Positions 7,738 to 16,703 of a stretch of 64,000 bases of DNA are shown here, one piece after another. The stretch comes from Polyangiales bacterium (GTDB lineage: Bacteria > Myxococcota_A > Polyangia > Polyangiales > Polyangiaceae). Numbering within the stretch: position 1 is the stretch's first letter; each line of letters starts with the position of its first letter. The stretch is taken from NCBI GenBank assembly GCA_038231275.1, contig JBBRLQ010000025.1:32001-96000 (forward strand), read 5' to 3'. The notes beneath the pieces were generated by a model that was not told the DNA's origin, did no database searches, and worked only from the letters and a program-made list of their open reading frames with translations. Both the position numbers and the translations under genes were made by a program.

Positions 7738-10281
7738 ATGCCGGTCTCGCTCGTTTTCGAGAACGACGCAGCGACGGTGCGGTGCCTGGAGGTGTCCGGG
7801 CGCGAGCGCCTCGGCGAGGCCGACGCCTTCGAGATCCTGGCGGCCGCGAGCGAGCCGATCGACACCAAGGCCATCCTCGGAAAGGCCTGCGCGCTCGGGA
7901 TCGACACGCCGCAAGGGCATCGGTGGATCCCTGGCATCGTCTGGTCGGCGACGACGCGCCTCCAGTCGGGCGCCGACGCCGCGCGCGAATACCGAATCTC
8001 GATGCGCTCGCGTTTCGCGCGGCTCGAGCTCGCGCGGCGGTCGGATGTCTTCCAGCACTTGAGCGTGCCGGACATCGTCAAGAAGGTGCTCGAGGGCGGC
8101 GGCTATCTGTCGAGCGACGTCGAGACGCACCTGACGGGAACCCACCCCAAGCGCGAGTACGTCACGCAGTACGACGAGACCGACGCGGCGTTCGTGCGGC
8201 GCATCTGCGAAGAAGAGGGGCTCTACTTCCGCTTCGCGCTCGTCGACGACCACGAGCATTTCATCCTCGAGGACAGCTCCCCCAAGGCCAAGGCTGCGCA
8301 GAAAGATCCGCTCGTCGTCGAGGAGCGCGAGGGTGTCGAGACCGAGCACGGGCATGTGTACGACGTGCGCGAGGCGCGGCGGCGGCGGCCCGGGAAGATC
8401 ACGCTGCGCGCGTACGATCCGATGAAGCCGGCGCTCGCGCTCGAAGGGGTCGCGACAGGGGGGACGTCGATCGAGAAAGGCGTCGAGATTTACCGCGGGG
8501 CGGCGAGCTTCCTCACTTCGGACGCCGGCAAGAAAGACGCCGCGACGCGGCTCGAGGCCGAGCGCGCGACCGCATCCGTGGTGACGTTCCGCACGAACGT
8601 CCCCGTGCTGCACCCCGGCGCGCGCTGCACTCTCGAAGCAGCGCCGAGCTACAAAGGCATCGCGCCGCCGACGGGCGATCTGTTCCTCGTGCAGGTCGAG
8701 CACGCGTGGAACGCCGAGGACAACGCGCACCGCCTGCGCATCGAAGCGATCCCGCTCGCCACGCCGTACCGGCTGCCACTCCTTACGAAGCGCCCTCGCG
8801 CGCTCGGCGTGCACTCGGCCGTCGTGACCGGCCCGCCTGACGAGGAGATTCACACCGACGCGCAGGGACGCGTGAAGGTTCGCTTCTACTGGGATCGGCG
8901 CGGTCCCACCGACGACAAGAGCAGCCTCTTCGTGCGCGTGATGCAGTCGAGCATGCCTGGCTCGATGGTGATCCCGCGCGTTGGGTGGGAGGTCCTCGTG
9001 ATGTTCGAGGACGGCGATCCCGATCGCCCGTACGTGCTCGGGCGAACGTACAACGCGCGTCAACCGCCGCCGGTGTCGCTGCCCGCGAACAAGACGATGA
9101 CGGCGATTCAAACCGCCAGCTCCCCCGGCGCCAAAGCAAAGAACGCGATCACGTTCGACGACGCCTCGGGCCGGCAGCACATGGTGACGGTCGCGGCGAA
9201 GAACCAGACGGTGACCGTCGCGCACGACGCGCACATCCAGACGGCGAAGGTGGAGAACCACAGCGTCGGCGGCAACCTCTCGCGCTCGGTCGGCGCCGAG
9301 GAGTCGCTGTCGGTGACGCAGGCGTACTTCACGCAGATGGCGTCGCAGACGGCGACGGTCGGCGCCGAGCAGCACATCTTCGTGAAGGGGAACTTTGCGA
9401 CAGCCGTGGCGAGCGACACGATCACGATCGGCGCGGCGCTGCTCGAGCAAGTCGGCAATCCGGTGACCGGCATCCAGAACCTCGCGACGGCGGCAGCGCT
9501 GTCCGGGCTGGGCGGCATCAAAGGCGTCGGGCCGTATTTGTCGGCGGCGGGAGGCCTCGCGCTCGGCGCGTACCAGGGATACAAAGCCGGCGGCGTAAAA
9601 GGCGCGGCGCAAGCCCTCGGAATGGGCGCCGTCGGAATGGCGGCGGGGATGGTGCCGGGCGGCGAAGCGTTGCTGGGGAGCGTACAAGACGCCGCGGCGC
9701 CCGCGCCGTGGAAGGACAAGCCGGGTCCTGCGGGCAGCGCAGAAGCAGGCGGCGGCGCCGGCGCGGCGGTCACCGACACGAGCGCCGCGCAAGGTCCGGG
9801 ACCGGGGCACAGGAATCAGATGGTCAAGGGAACGATGACCGAGATGATCGGCGCGGCCTACGGCGTCGTCACCCCGGGCAACGTTGGTTGGAAGACCACC
9901 GGCGCGTCTTCGTTCGTGATCGGCGGCAGTCACCTCACCAAGACGAAGGCGTACGTCCAGAACATCAAAGGCGCGTCGGCGGAGACCCTCGGCGCGCTCC
10001 ACGTGAAGAGCGACGGCAAGATCCAGCGCGTCGTCACCGGCACGCTCACCACCTCGATCGCGGGCGCGTTGAAATCGAGCTCGGACGGACCGCATCACGT
10101 GGTCGTTGCCGACAAGCTCACGCTCAAGGTCGGCGGCGCGCTCACGATGGAAGGGTCGACCGTGACCTTCATCGTCGGGAGCTCCAAGGTCGCGGCCTCG
10201 CCGGGTGGCGTGCTCGTCGAGGCGAGCGACATCACGATCACCGGCGACTCGAAGCAGTCGTCGAAGACCGTCCACTCATGA
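7738..10281 (+). CDS. vgrG: VgrG/TssI with an internal Gly/Ala-rich insert in the spike region, 847 aa
   Basis: VTQYDETDAAFVRRICEEEGLY, IHTDAQGRVKVRFYWDR, IPRVGWEVLVMFEDGDPDRP. Confidence 0.93.
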   Translation: MPVSLVFENDAATVRCLEVSGRERLGEADAFEILAAASEPIDTKAILGKACALGIDTPQGHRWIPGIVWSATTRLQSGADAAREYRISMRSRFARLELARRSDVFQHLSVPDIVKKVLEGGGYLSSDVETHLTGTHPKREYVTQYDETDAAFVRRICEEEGLYFRFALVDDHEHFILEDSSPKAKAAQKDPLVVEEREGVETEHGHVYDVREARRRRPGKITLRAYDPMKPALALEGVATGGTSIEKGVEIYRGAASFLTSDAGKKDAATRLEAERATASVVTFRTNVPVLHPGARCTLEAAPSYKGIAPPTGDLFLVQVEHAWNAEDNAHRLRIEAIPLATPYRLPLLTKRPRALGVHSAVVTGPPDEEIHTDAQGRVKVRFYWDRRGPTDDKSSLFVRVMQSSMPGSMVIPRVGWEVLVMFEDGDPDRPYVLGRTYNARQPPPVSLPANKTMTAIQTASSPGAKAKNAITFDDASGRQHMVTVAAKNQTVTVAHDAHIQTAKVENHSVGGNLSRSVGAEESLSVTQAYFTQMASQTATVGAEQHIFVKGNFATAVASDTITIGAALLEQVGNPVTGIQNLATAAALSGLGGIKGVGPYLSAAGGLALGAYQGYKAGGVKGAAQALGMGAVGMAAGMVPGGEALLGSVQDAAAPAPWKDKPGPAGSAEAGGGAGAAVTDTSAAQGPGPGHRNQMVKGTMTEMIGAAYGVVTPGNVGWKTTGASSFVIGGSHLTKTKAYVQNIKGASAETLGALHVKSDGKIQRVVTGTLTTSIAGALKSSSDGPHHVVVADKLTLKVGGALTMEGSTVTFIVGSSKVAASPGGVLVEASDITITGDSKQSSKTVHS

Positions 10282-11285
10282 GCGTCGCCATCGTCGGCAT
10301 GGGCTTGGTGACGCCGTTCGGCGCGACGCCGGCCGAGCACGCGTTTTTCTTGCGCGCGAGCGTTCCGTCGCCGCCTGCGTCGCCGTTCGAGACACACGAC
10401 GGCGTGCGCGTGGACGTGAATTTTTGCAGGTGGCTGGGCGCCGCGGCGCCGCTCGAAGACCGACTCGCCGCGCTGGGAGAGCGTGCGATCGCGTCGGCGC
10501 TCGCGAGCATCGCCGCGTGGGCGACGCCGCGCGAGACCGCGGTGCTTCTGTGCACGAGCAAGCCGCGGCCGGGCCTCGATGCGCTGGCGGCGGCGCGGCT
10601 CGAGAAGCACGCGTCGGTGCACGGCGACGTGAAGAAGTACTTCGGCGACGCAGGAGCCTTCGGGGCCTTGCGCGAGGCGAGGGAGCTGATCGCCGGAGGA
10701 ACGCGCGCGGTCCTCGTCGTCGCGGTCGACTCGTACGTCGCGCCGGCGGCGCTCGAGGAGCGCGTGCGTTTTCCGCCGAGCTATTGGGACTTCGATCCGC
10801 CGCCGCTCTCGGAGGGCGCGGCCGCGATGGTCCTCATGGATCCGACCGAGGCGCGTCGACGTAGCGCACCACTGCTCGGCACGATCGACGGCGCGGCCAT
10901 CGCGGCAGGGACGTCGCACGACGACAACGACGAGGCCGTGGACGGCGCGGCCATGGTCGTCGCGCTGCGACAGCTCCCCGAGAAACCGCGCCCGCGCGCC
11001 GCGTATGGGCCGTGGCGTGTGGATCTCCTTCGGCGCGACGAGTTTCAGCTCGCATCGGCGCGCGCGTCGGATCGGTTCGTGCTCGACGCCGATTTTCGGT
11101 GCCTCGAGCTTCACGTCGGGCGGCTCGGCGCCGCGTCGGGGCTCGCCAACGCGGTGTACGGCGTTGCGGTGCACGCCCACGCGGCGACCGATCGCAGCGA
11201 GGTGGCGACGGCGCCCTTCCTGGCGTGGGCGATCTCGCCCGACGGTGTGCGCGGCGCCGCGCTCCTCACAGGAGGCCGCCCGTGA
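10278..11285 (+). CDS. Beta-ketoacyl-synthase/thiolase-like T6SS accessory protein (PRK06147-like), probably non-catalytic, 335 aa
   Basis: Start MSVAIVGMGLVTPFG (ATGA overlap); VLVVAVDS, SEGAAAMVL, HVGRLGAASG ketosynthase-fold motifs; vgrG-linked context. Confidence 0.8.
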   Translation: MSVAIVGMGLVTPFGATPAEHAFFLRASVPSPPASPFETHDGVRVDVNFCRWLGAAAPLEDRLAALGERAIASALASIAAWATPRETAVLLCTSKPRPGLDALAAARLEKHASVHGDVKKYFGDAGAFGALREARELIAGGTRAVLVVAVDSYVAPAALEERVRFPPSYWDFDPPPLSEGAAAMVLMDPTEARRRSAPLLGTIDGAAIAAGTSHDDNDEAVDGAAMVVALRQLPEKPRPRAAYGPWRVDLLRRDEFQLASARASDRFVLDADFRCLELHVGRLGAASGLANAVYGVAVHAHAATDRSEVATAPFLAWAISPDGVRGAALLTGGRP

Positions 11286-12766
11286 CCGACCACCGCGCGC
11301 ACGCGCTCGCGACCCTGGCGAGACGGACCGCGCGCGCTGCGCCGTTCCATGCGACCCGCGAGCGCGCGCAGCTCCTCACGCCCGCGCGGGACGCGTTCGA
11401 CGGCACGTTTCCGGATCCGACCGCGCTCCTCTCCGCGAAGGCCGACGACGGCGACGCCGTGCCGGACGTCGCACCGCTCGTTTTTCCCGGCGTGAAGGCG
11501 AAGCGCCCTGCCGACGGTCCGTTCATCGTCCGAAAGGGCGCAGGCGCCGCCGAGCCGGAGGGCGTCGTGCGCGGCGAGATTGTGCTCCAGTGCGCCGACA
11601 CGATCGGAATGCTCACGCGCCACCGCGTCGAACGTCCGATGCACGAGCTCGCCGACAACGAGGCGCAGCTCTTCACGCAGCTCGACGCGCTCGCGATTTC
11701 CGGCGGCGACGTCGTGCGATCGCTCGTCTCGTTCTGGCGCGAGAACGCCGAGCATCCGTGGAAGGCGCAAGGCGTGGCCCTCGCGCTTGCGTGCCTCGAC
11801 GGGATCGACGTTCTCGAGGCAATTTTTCGAGAAATCGAGGCGCTCCCGCCGGACCAAGACGGACTCGTGATTCCGCTCGCCGAGGCGCTCCTCGTCGCGC
11901 CGCACTCCAACGTGCCCGATCTCGCGCGCGACCTGCTCGCGTCGCCGAGCCCAATTTCGCGCGCCGTCGCCCTTGAGGCCCTCGCGCGCCGTGCGCCCTT
12001 GTCCGTCGAAGAGATTCGCCCGCACTTGGCCGACGCGCACCCCGCCGTCGTGGGGGCCGCGGTTCGCGCGTGCGCGGCGATCCCGCCTCCCGTGGGCTTG
12101 CCGCTCCTGATGCCGCTCGTCGGCCGTCCGCAGATGGGCGTCGCGTGGCCGGCCGCGCGGCAGCTCCTCGTGTGGGGGCGGCCCGAGCCGTACTTCGAAG
12201 TGCGTAGCGGTCGCGCGGCCGGGCTGGGGCCGTTCGCGCTCGAGGTGCTCGTCCTCGCAGGAGGCATGGAGGATCTCGAGCTCTTCGATCAGCTGGCGGC
12301 GAAAGAGCCCGCGTCGCCCGCGCTCGTCTCGGCGATCGCGCGGTTCGGCGCGCCGACGGCGTGGGCGCTCCTCTGCCACCACCTCGGCGACGACGAGCTC
12401 TCGGACGCGGCCGCCCGTGCCCTCGCGACGGTGTTCGGCGATCGGGTGCCGCTCAAAGAGGTCAAGAAGCCCGCTGCGTGGCGCGCGGCGATCGCGAAGG
12501 GCCGCTTCGATGGGAAGGTGCGGACGCGTCGCGGCGAGCCGTGGCGCCCGCGCACCGTCGTCGCCGAGATGCGCCGCGGCGACTTCCCGCGTGTCGAGAT
12601 GCGCGCCCGCATCGACGAGCTGATGGCGCGCACGGGCGCCCGCGTCGACGCCGAGCTCGGTCGCTGGGCGCCGGACACCTGGTCCGCGATCCACCTCTCC
12701 ATCGAGGCGTTCGACAAGGCCGACGCCCACTACCCGCCCGGCACGTGGACCACGCGCGCGCGCTGA
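11282..12766 (+). CDS. TIGR02270-like HEAT-repeat T6SS-associated protein, 494 aa
   Basis: GTGA overlap; ELADNEAQLFTQLDAL, HEAT-like helices (HLADAHPAVVGAAVRA), C-terminal RTRRGEPW; context after the ketosynthase-like gene. Confidence 0.6.
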   Translation: MTDHRAHALATLARRTARAAPFHATRERAQLLTPARDAFDGTFPDPTALLSAKADDGDAVPDVAPLVFPGVKAKRPADGPFIVRKGAGAAEPEGVVRGEIVLQCADTIGMLTRHRVERPMHELADNEAQLFTQLDALAISGGDVVRSLVSFWRENAEHPWKAQGVALALACLDGIDVLEAIFREIEALPPDQDGLVIPLAEALLVAPHSNVPDLARDLLASPSPISRAVALEALARRAPLSVEEIRPHLADAHPAVVGAAVRACAAIPPPVGLPLLMPLVGRPQMGVAWPAARQLLVWGRPEPYFEVRSGRAAGLGPFALEVLVLAGGMEDLELFDQLAAKEPASPALVSAIARFGAPTAWALLCHHLGDDELSDAAARALATVFGDRVPLKEVKKPAAWRAAIAKGRFDGKVRTRRGEPWRPRTVVAEMRRGDFPRVEMRARIDELMARTGARVDAELGRWAPDTWSAIHLSIEAFDKADAHYPPGTWTTRAR

Positions 12767-12784
12767 TTCGCCTATTTTTAAAGC

Positions 12785-13726
12785 CTATTTCTTGCCGCGC
12801 TCGTCGCTTTCGAGCGTGCGCGTCGTCGGATCCCAGAGCACGGTGAGCGCCGCACGGAACGCAATCGCGTTCGCCGACGACGGGTAGAGCGGGTCGGCGA
12901 TCGTCGACACGAACGAGAAGCACGGCTGCACCACCGGCGTCATGAGGCGGAGGCTCGGCGACACGGCGAAGAAGGCGCGCGCGTCGTCGAGCGCCTGCCC
13001 CTCGATGAAGTAGAGCTCGAAGGCTTCGAGGCCGACGCCGAGCACGTCACCGAATTTGTAGCCGACGTAGAGCGCCGTGATCGCCGAGAGCGAGCTGCGC
13101 GTCGCGCTCCCGCGAAGGAATGACCAGTCGAGGCCTTCGCGAAATTGGACGACGAAGCGACCGTCGAGGAGGCGAAGGTCGATGAACGGGCGCGCGGTGA
13201 GGGCGTCCTTCTCGAAGAACTGGAAGTCCCATGGCCGCACCGCCGCGGCGCCGCCGGTGACGCGCGACGCCGGGCTGTTCTCGTCGAACGCGGTGACGGG
13301 GAACATGAAGCCGAGGCCGCCGCCGAACGACAGGCCCGTGCGCGTCGCCCACACGGTGCGCCCATACGCCTCGAGGTTGCCGCCGACCAGCTTGGCGGGG
13401 CCACCGCGCGACGGGTCGGAGCCGAGCGCCGTCTCGTACGTAGAGCCGACGAACCACCGGCGAAGGCCGAGCGGGACCTCGACGTTGAGGCGCTGCACGT
13501 ACTCGGTCGCCGGCTTCGTCCAGCCCGGGCCCGCCGCCGGCTTGGGGTAGAGCACCCCGACGGTCGCCTCGATCGTCGCCTCGACGTCCCGGTGCGTGAG
13601 CTCCGGCAACGTCGGCGGACGCGGCGCCTCCGGCAGATCGTACGGGTCCTCGAACGGCGTGGCGGCAAAACCGGCCTTTGGGGCCCCGAGGAGGACCGCC
13701 ATCGCGAGCACCACGCGAAGGCGCAT
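12785..13726 (-). CDS. Exported hypothetical protein, possibly an outer-membrane beta-barrel, 313 aa
   Basis: Signal peptide MRLRVVLAMAVLLGAPKAGFAA; alternating amphipathic strands (LSFGGGLGFMFP, LYVGYKFGDVLGVGLEAF). Confidence 0.65.
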   Translation of the reverse strand: MRLRVVLAMAVLLGAPKAGFAATPFEDPYDLPEAPRPPTLPELTHRDVEATIEATVGVLYPKPAAGPGWTKPATEYVQRLNVEVPLGLRRWFVGSTYETALGSDPSRGGPAKLVGGNLEAYGRTVWATRTGLSFGGGLGFMFPVTAFDENSPASRVTGGAAAVRPWDFQFFEKDALTARPFIDLRLLDGRFVVQFREGLDWSFLRGSATRSSLSAITALYVGYKFGDVLGVGLEAFELYFIEGQALDDARAFFAVSPSLRLMTPVVQPCFSFVSTIADPLYPSSANAIAFRAALTVLWDPTTRTLESDERGKK

Positions 13727-13786
13727 GGGCAGGGAATACCCGAAACTGGCCCACATTTGTTGACCCGTGTTAACCGCTGGAAGGTG

Positions 13787-16672
13787 ATGGGTAGCGACGA
13801 ACGATTCCTCGCCGAAGGCGACCCTGGGCTCGAGGCCTCCCTCGCCGAGCGCATCCTCGTCTTGCGCGCGGCCGTCCAGGCCCTGCGTGAGGCCCCCGAC
13901 TCGCCATCTACGCGCTCGCGGGTGCAGCGGCGCCTGCACGCGCTCGGGGCGGCGGCGCGGACGGTGGGCTTCTTCACGATGGCCGTGCGCATCTGCGACG
14001 CGCAGAGCGTGCTCGAGGCGGCCGACGAGCTCACGACGTTCGATCTCCAGACGCTCGACGAGCTCCTCGACGAGCTGCCTACGCTCACGCAGAAAGACGC
14101 GCTTCCGCTCGCGGGGATGCCGCGCCTCGACGGGACCGAGCCGATCACGGCGATCGTCCTCGGGGACGCGACGATCGAGGATCTCTTGCGGCCCGAGCGC
14201 GTCGCGACGACGTCGTTCGCCTCGGCGCGCTTCGAGGATCCGAGCCACGTCTGGGCGACGCTTCACCCGATGATTCCCGATGTTTTCGTGATCGATGCCG
14301 ATCTTCCCGGCGCGTACGCGTTCGTCGCGGCGCTCGTCGAGGACGCGCGAACCGAGCTCGTCCCGATCCTCGCGATCGGGCGCTTCGAGACGCGCGACGA
14401 CGTGGCGAGATATCTGGCGCTCGGGGTCACACGCACCTTCACCAAGCCGGCGACCGGCTCGGCCGTGCGCGGCGCGGCGCAAGACGCGGTCGAGCAACGC
14501 CGCGGGCACACGGTGCCGAACGAGCTGCGCATCGGGACGCTCCCGCCGCCGCCGGTGCGCCGCGCAGCCCCCAAGGCGGCACCGGTCGTCACGACCGCAG
14601 CCTCCGGACCGCCGATCCCCACGCCGATGCTCTTCATCGCGCGGCGCCTCGTCGCAGGAGACGACGATCCGGTCGTCGCCTGGTTCGTCGCGGACCACTT
14701 TCGCAAGATGGGCGCCCACGTCGACGAGGCGCTGAGCGGCCAAGCGACGCTCGCGCGCGCGCTCGACGTCGATCGGAGCGTGCCGGATCTCGTGTTCGCC
14801 GACCTGGGAATGCGCGATCTGGACGGCGGCGCGCTCGTCCGTGCCTTGCGCTCCGATCCGGCCGCGCGCGATGTTCCGGTGCTCCTGCAATCATGGAAAG
14901 AGGAGCGGCTCGAAGAGGCTCGTGAGGCGGGGATTACCGCCGCGCTGCTCTCCAAGTCGGCGACGCCCGAGGAGCTCACGACGAAGGCCGCGGAGCTGCT
15001 GGCACCGCACGCCCGACTTCGCGCCCGCCTCCGCGCCGGCGGCACGCTTACGGGCTCGCTCGAGTCCGTCACCGTTCTCCGTCTCCTCGGCATGGCGCAA
15101 GAGACCGCGCGCAGCGTGCGCATCGCCATCCGTGACGGCGCGTTCACCCACGAGCTCTTCGTGATGGGCGGCGCCCTGCGGCGCGTGATCCGGCGCTCGC
15201 CCGACGGACGCATCGAGCACGGCGCGCGCGCGATCGCGACGGCCCTCGGCGTCTCGAGCGGCACCTTCACGATCGAGGACGCGCGCGCCGAAGCGGTGAG
15301 CCCTTGCGGCGTCGCGTTCGTGGTCGACGCGGTTCGTGCCTCGCGCGCGCTCGCAGCGGCGGCGCGCGGCGCCCATTTGCCGAACGTCGCCGAGGTCCGC
15401 TTCGATCAAGACGTCGCCCACGCGGTCGCACGATTGACGGGAAAATCCAAGGAGATCGCGCAGCGTCTCACCGGCGGCTCGTCCCCGCGCGCGATGATTC
15501 ATCGCGCCGACTGCGACGCCGCCGCGCTCGAAGAGGTCCTCGTCGTCCTCTGCCGCCAAGGCTTCGTCACCGCGGTGCGCGAAGAGAGCCCGCACCTCCA
15601 CGAGCCACGTCCGGCGATGCTCCTCGAGGCCGCGCCGACGCTGCCGACGCACGCGACGCTCCCGACGCCGCCTGCGACGCCGGAGCCGCCCGCGACCGTC
15701 GCCGTGCAGGAGACGACGCTCCCTCTTCTGCTCCGTCGCCAGCGCGCGATCCTCGCCGCGCCCGCGCCGATCGTCGTCGAGAAGGCCGCACCGCCTGCAC
15801 CGGTGCCTTCGCCGGGACTCGTGACCCTCACACCTCTCTTGCCGCTCCCGATCTCCGCGCCCCCGACCGCGATCGCGACCCTGACCGCGACCGCGACCAT
15901 GACCGCGTCCGCGATCCGGCACGACATGCCCGACATGTTCGCCGTGCCAGAGCCTTCGATCTCCGTCCCGATCACCTTCGAAGACCCGCAGCACTCGCGC
16001 CCTCTCGTCGTGGCGCCGCCGCCACCTCCCCCGGCGCTTCTCCTGCCGCCGCCTGCGCCACCGCCGCCGCCGCCGACCTTCGCGAGCCCTCTCCCTTCCC
16101 TCCCCCCTCCTCCGGCGACGCCCTTCACCCTCTCGCCTCCTCCGGGTCTGCCCAGCTTCGGCAGCCTTTCGATGCCCGTGGCGCCTTCATCGGCGTTCGA
16201 CGTGCCGATGCCGGCGATGCATCTCCGCGAGGGTCGCGACGGCGACGCTGCGCCGCCCGCGACCAGCGTGACCAACAGGCCGCCGAGCCCCGAAACGCGC
16301 CGCAAAGTGAAGCGCATCGGCGTCGCGGTCGCCGTCGCCACGGTCGCCGTCGTCGCAGGTGCGGGCGTGCGCTGGACCGTCGCAGCACCTCCGCCGCGCG
16401 CCGCCGCCGCTCGCCCCGCGACGACCCTCTCGCAAGCCTCCGTGCCGGCCCAGGGCCTCCTCGACGTTTCCGCCGCCGACGGCCTCGAGATCCAAGTCGA
16501 TGGCGCACCGCGCGGACACGGCCCGAAGCTCAGCGTGAGCCTCCCCGAAGGCACCCACGAAGTGAAGACCGACGGCCCCAACGCGAAGACGCGCCTCGTC
16601 GAGATCGCCCGCGGCAAGGTGACCCATGTCGACCTCGCGTGGCGTCCGGCGCCGATCCCACCAACTCGTTGA
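13787..16672 (+). CDS. Membrane-anchored multidomain response regulator (degenerate REC, REC, DUF4388-like, Pro-rich linker, TM, PEGA-like), 961 aa
   Basis: REC motifs AGDDDP...PDLVFADLGMRDLDG...DVPVLLQS; GSLESVTVLRLL; TM IGVAVAVATVAVVAGAGV; EIQVDG...LPEGTHEV. Confidence 0.75.
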   Translation: MGSDERFLAEGDPGLEASLAERILVLRAAVQALREAPDSPSTRSRVQRRLHALGAAARTVGFFTMAVRICDAQSVLEAADELTTFDLQTLDELLDELPTLTQKDALPLAGMPRLDGTEPITAIVLGDATIEDLLRPERVATTSFASARFEDPSHVWATLHPMIPDVFVIDADLPGAYAFVAALVEDARTELVPILAIGRFETRDDVARYLALGVTRTFTKPATGSAVRGAAQDAVEQRRGHTVPNELRIGTLPPPPVRRAAPKAAPVVTTAASGPPIPTPMLFIARRLVAGDDDPVVAWFVADHFRKMGAHVDEALSGQATLARALDVDRSVPDLVFADLGMRDLDGGALVRALRSDPAARDVPVLLQSWKEERLEEAREAGITAALLSKSATPEELTTKAAELLAPHARLRARLRAGGTLTGSLESVTVLRLLGMAQETARSVRIAIRDGAFTHELFVMGGALRRVIRRSPDGRIEHGARAIATALGVSSGTFTIEDARAEAVSPCGVAFVVDAVRASRALAAAARGAHLPNVAEVRFDQDVAHAVARLTGKSKEIAQRLTGGSSPRAMIHRADCDAAALEEVLVVLCRQGFVTAVREESPHLHEPRPAMLLEAAPTLPTHATLPTPPATPEPPATVAVQETTLPLLLRRQRAILAAPAPIVVEKAAPPAPVPSPGLVTLTPLLPLPISAPPTAIATLTATATMTASAIRHDMPDMFAVPEPSISVPITFEDPQHSRPLVVAPPPPPPALLLPPPAPPPPPPTFASPLPSLPPPPATPFTLSPPPGLPSFGSLSMPVAPSSAFDVPMPAMHLREGRDGDAAPPATSVTNRPPSPETRRKVKRIGVAVAVATVAVVAGAGVRWTVAAPPPRAAAARPATTLSQASVPAQGLLDVSAADGLEIQVDGAPRGHGPKLSVSLPEGTHEVKTDGPNAKTRLVEIARGKVTHVDLAWRPAPIPPTR

Positions 16673-16703
16673 GCACGCGTTGAGCCGTGATACCTTCGGT
16701 CCC

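Noticed and set aside
3179..10275. Long opposite-strand ORFs over the vgrG genes (672, 547 and 867 aa), and similar ones over the later vgrGs, the TPR gene and the core genes
   Set aside because: Stop-poor shadow frames caused by GC3 bias; the other strand carries clear family motifs.
10278..11285. Ketosynthase as evidence of a PKS or fatty-acid cluster
   Set aside because: No ACP, AT or KR neighbours, catalytic residues appear absent, and the context is T6SS accessory.
15990..16160. C-rich low-complexity stretch
   Set aside because: Simply encodes the poly-Pro linker of the response regulator.
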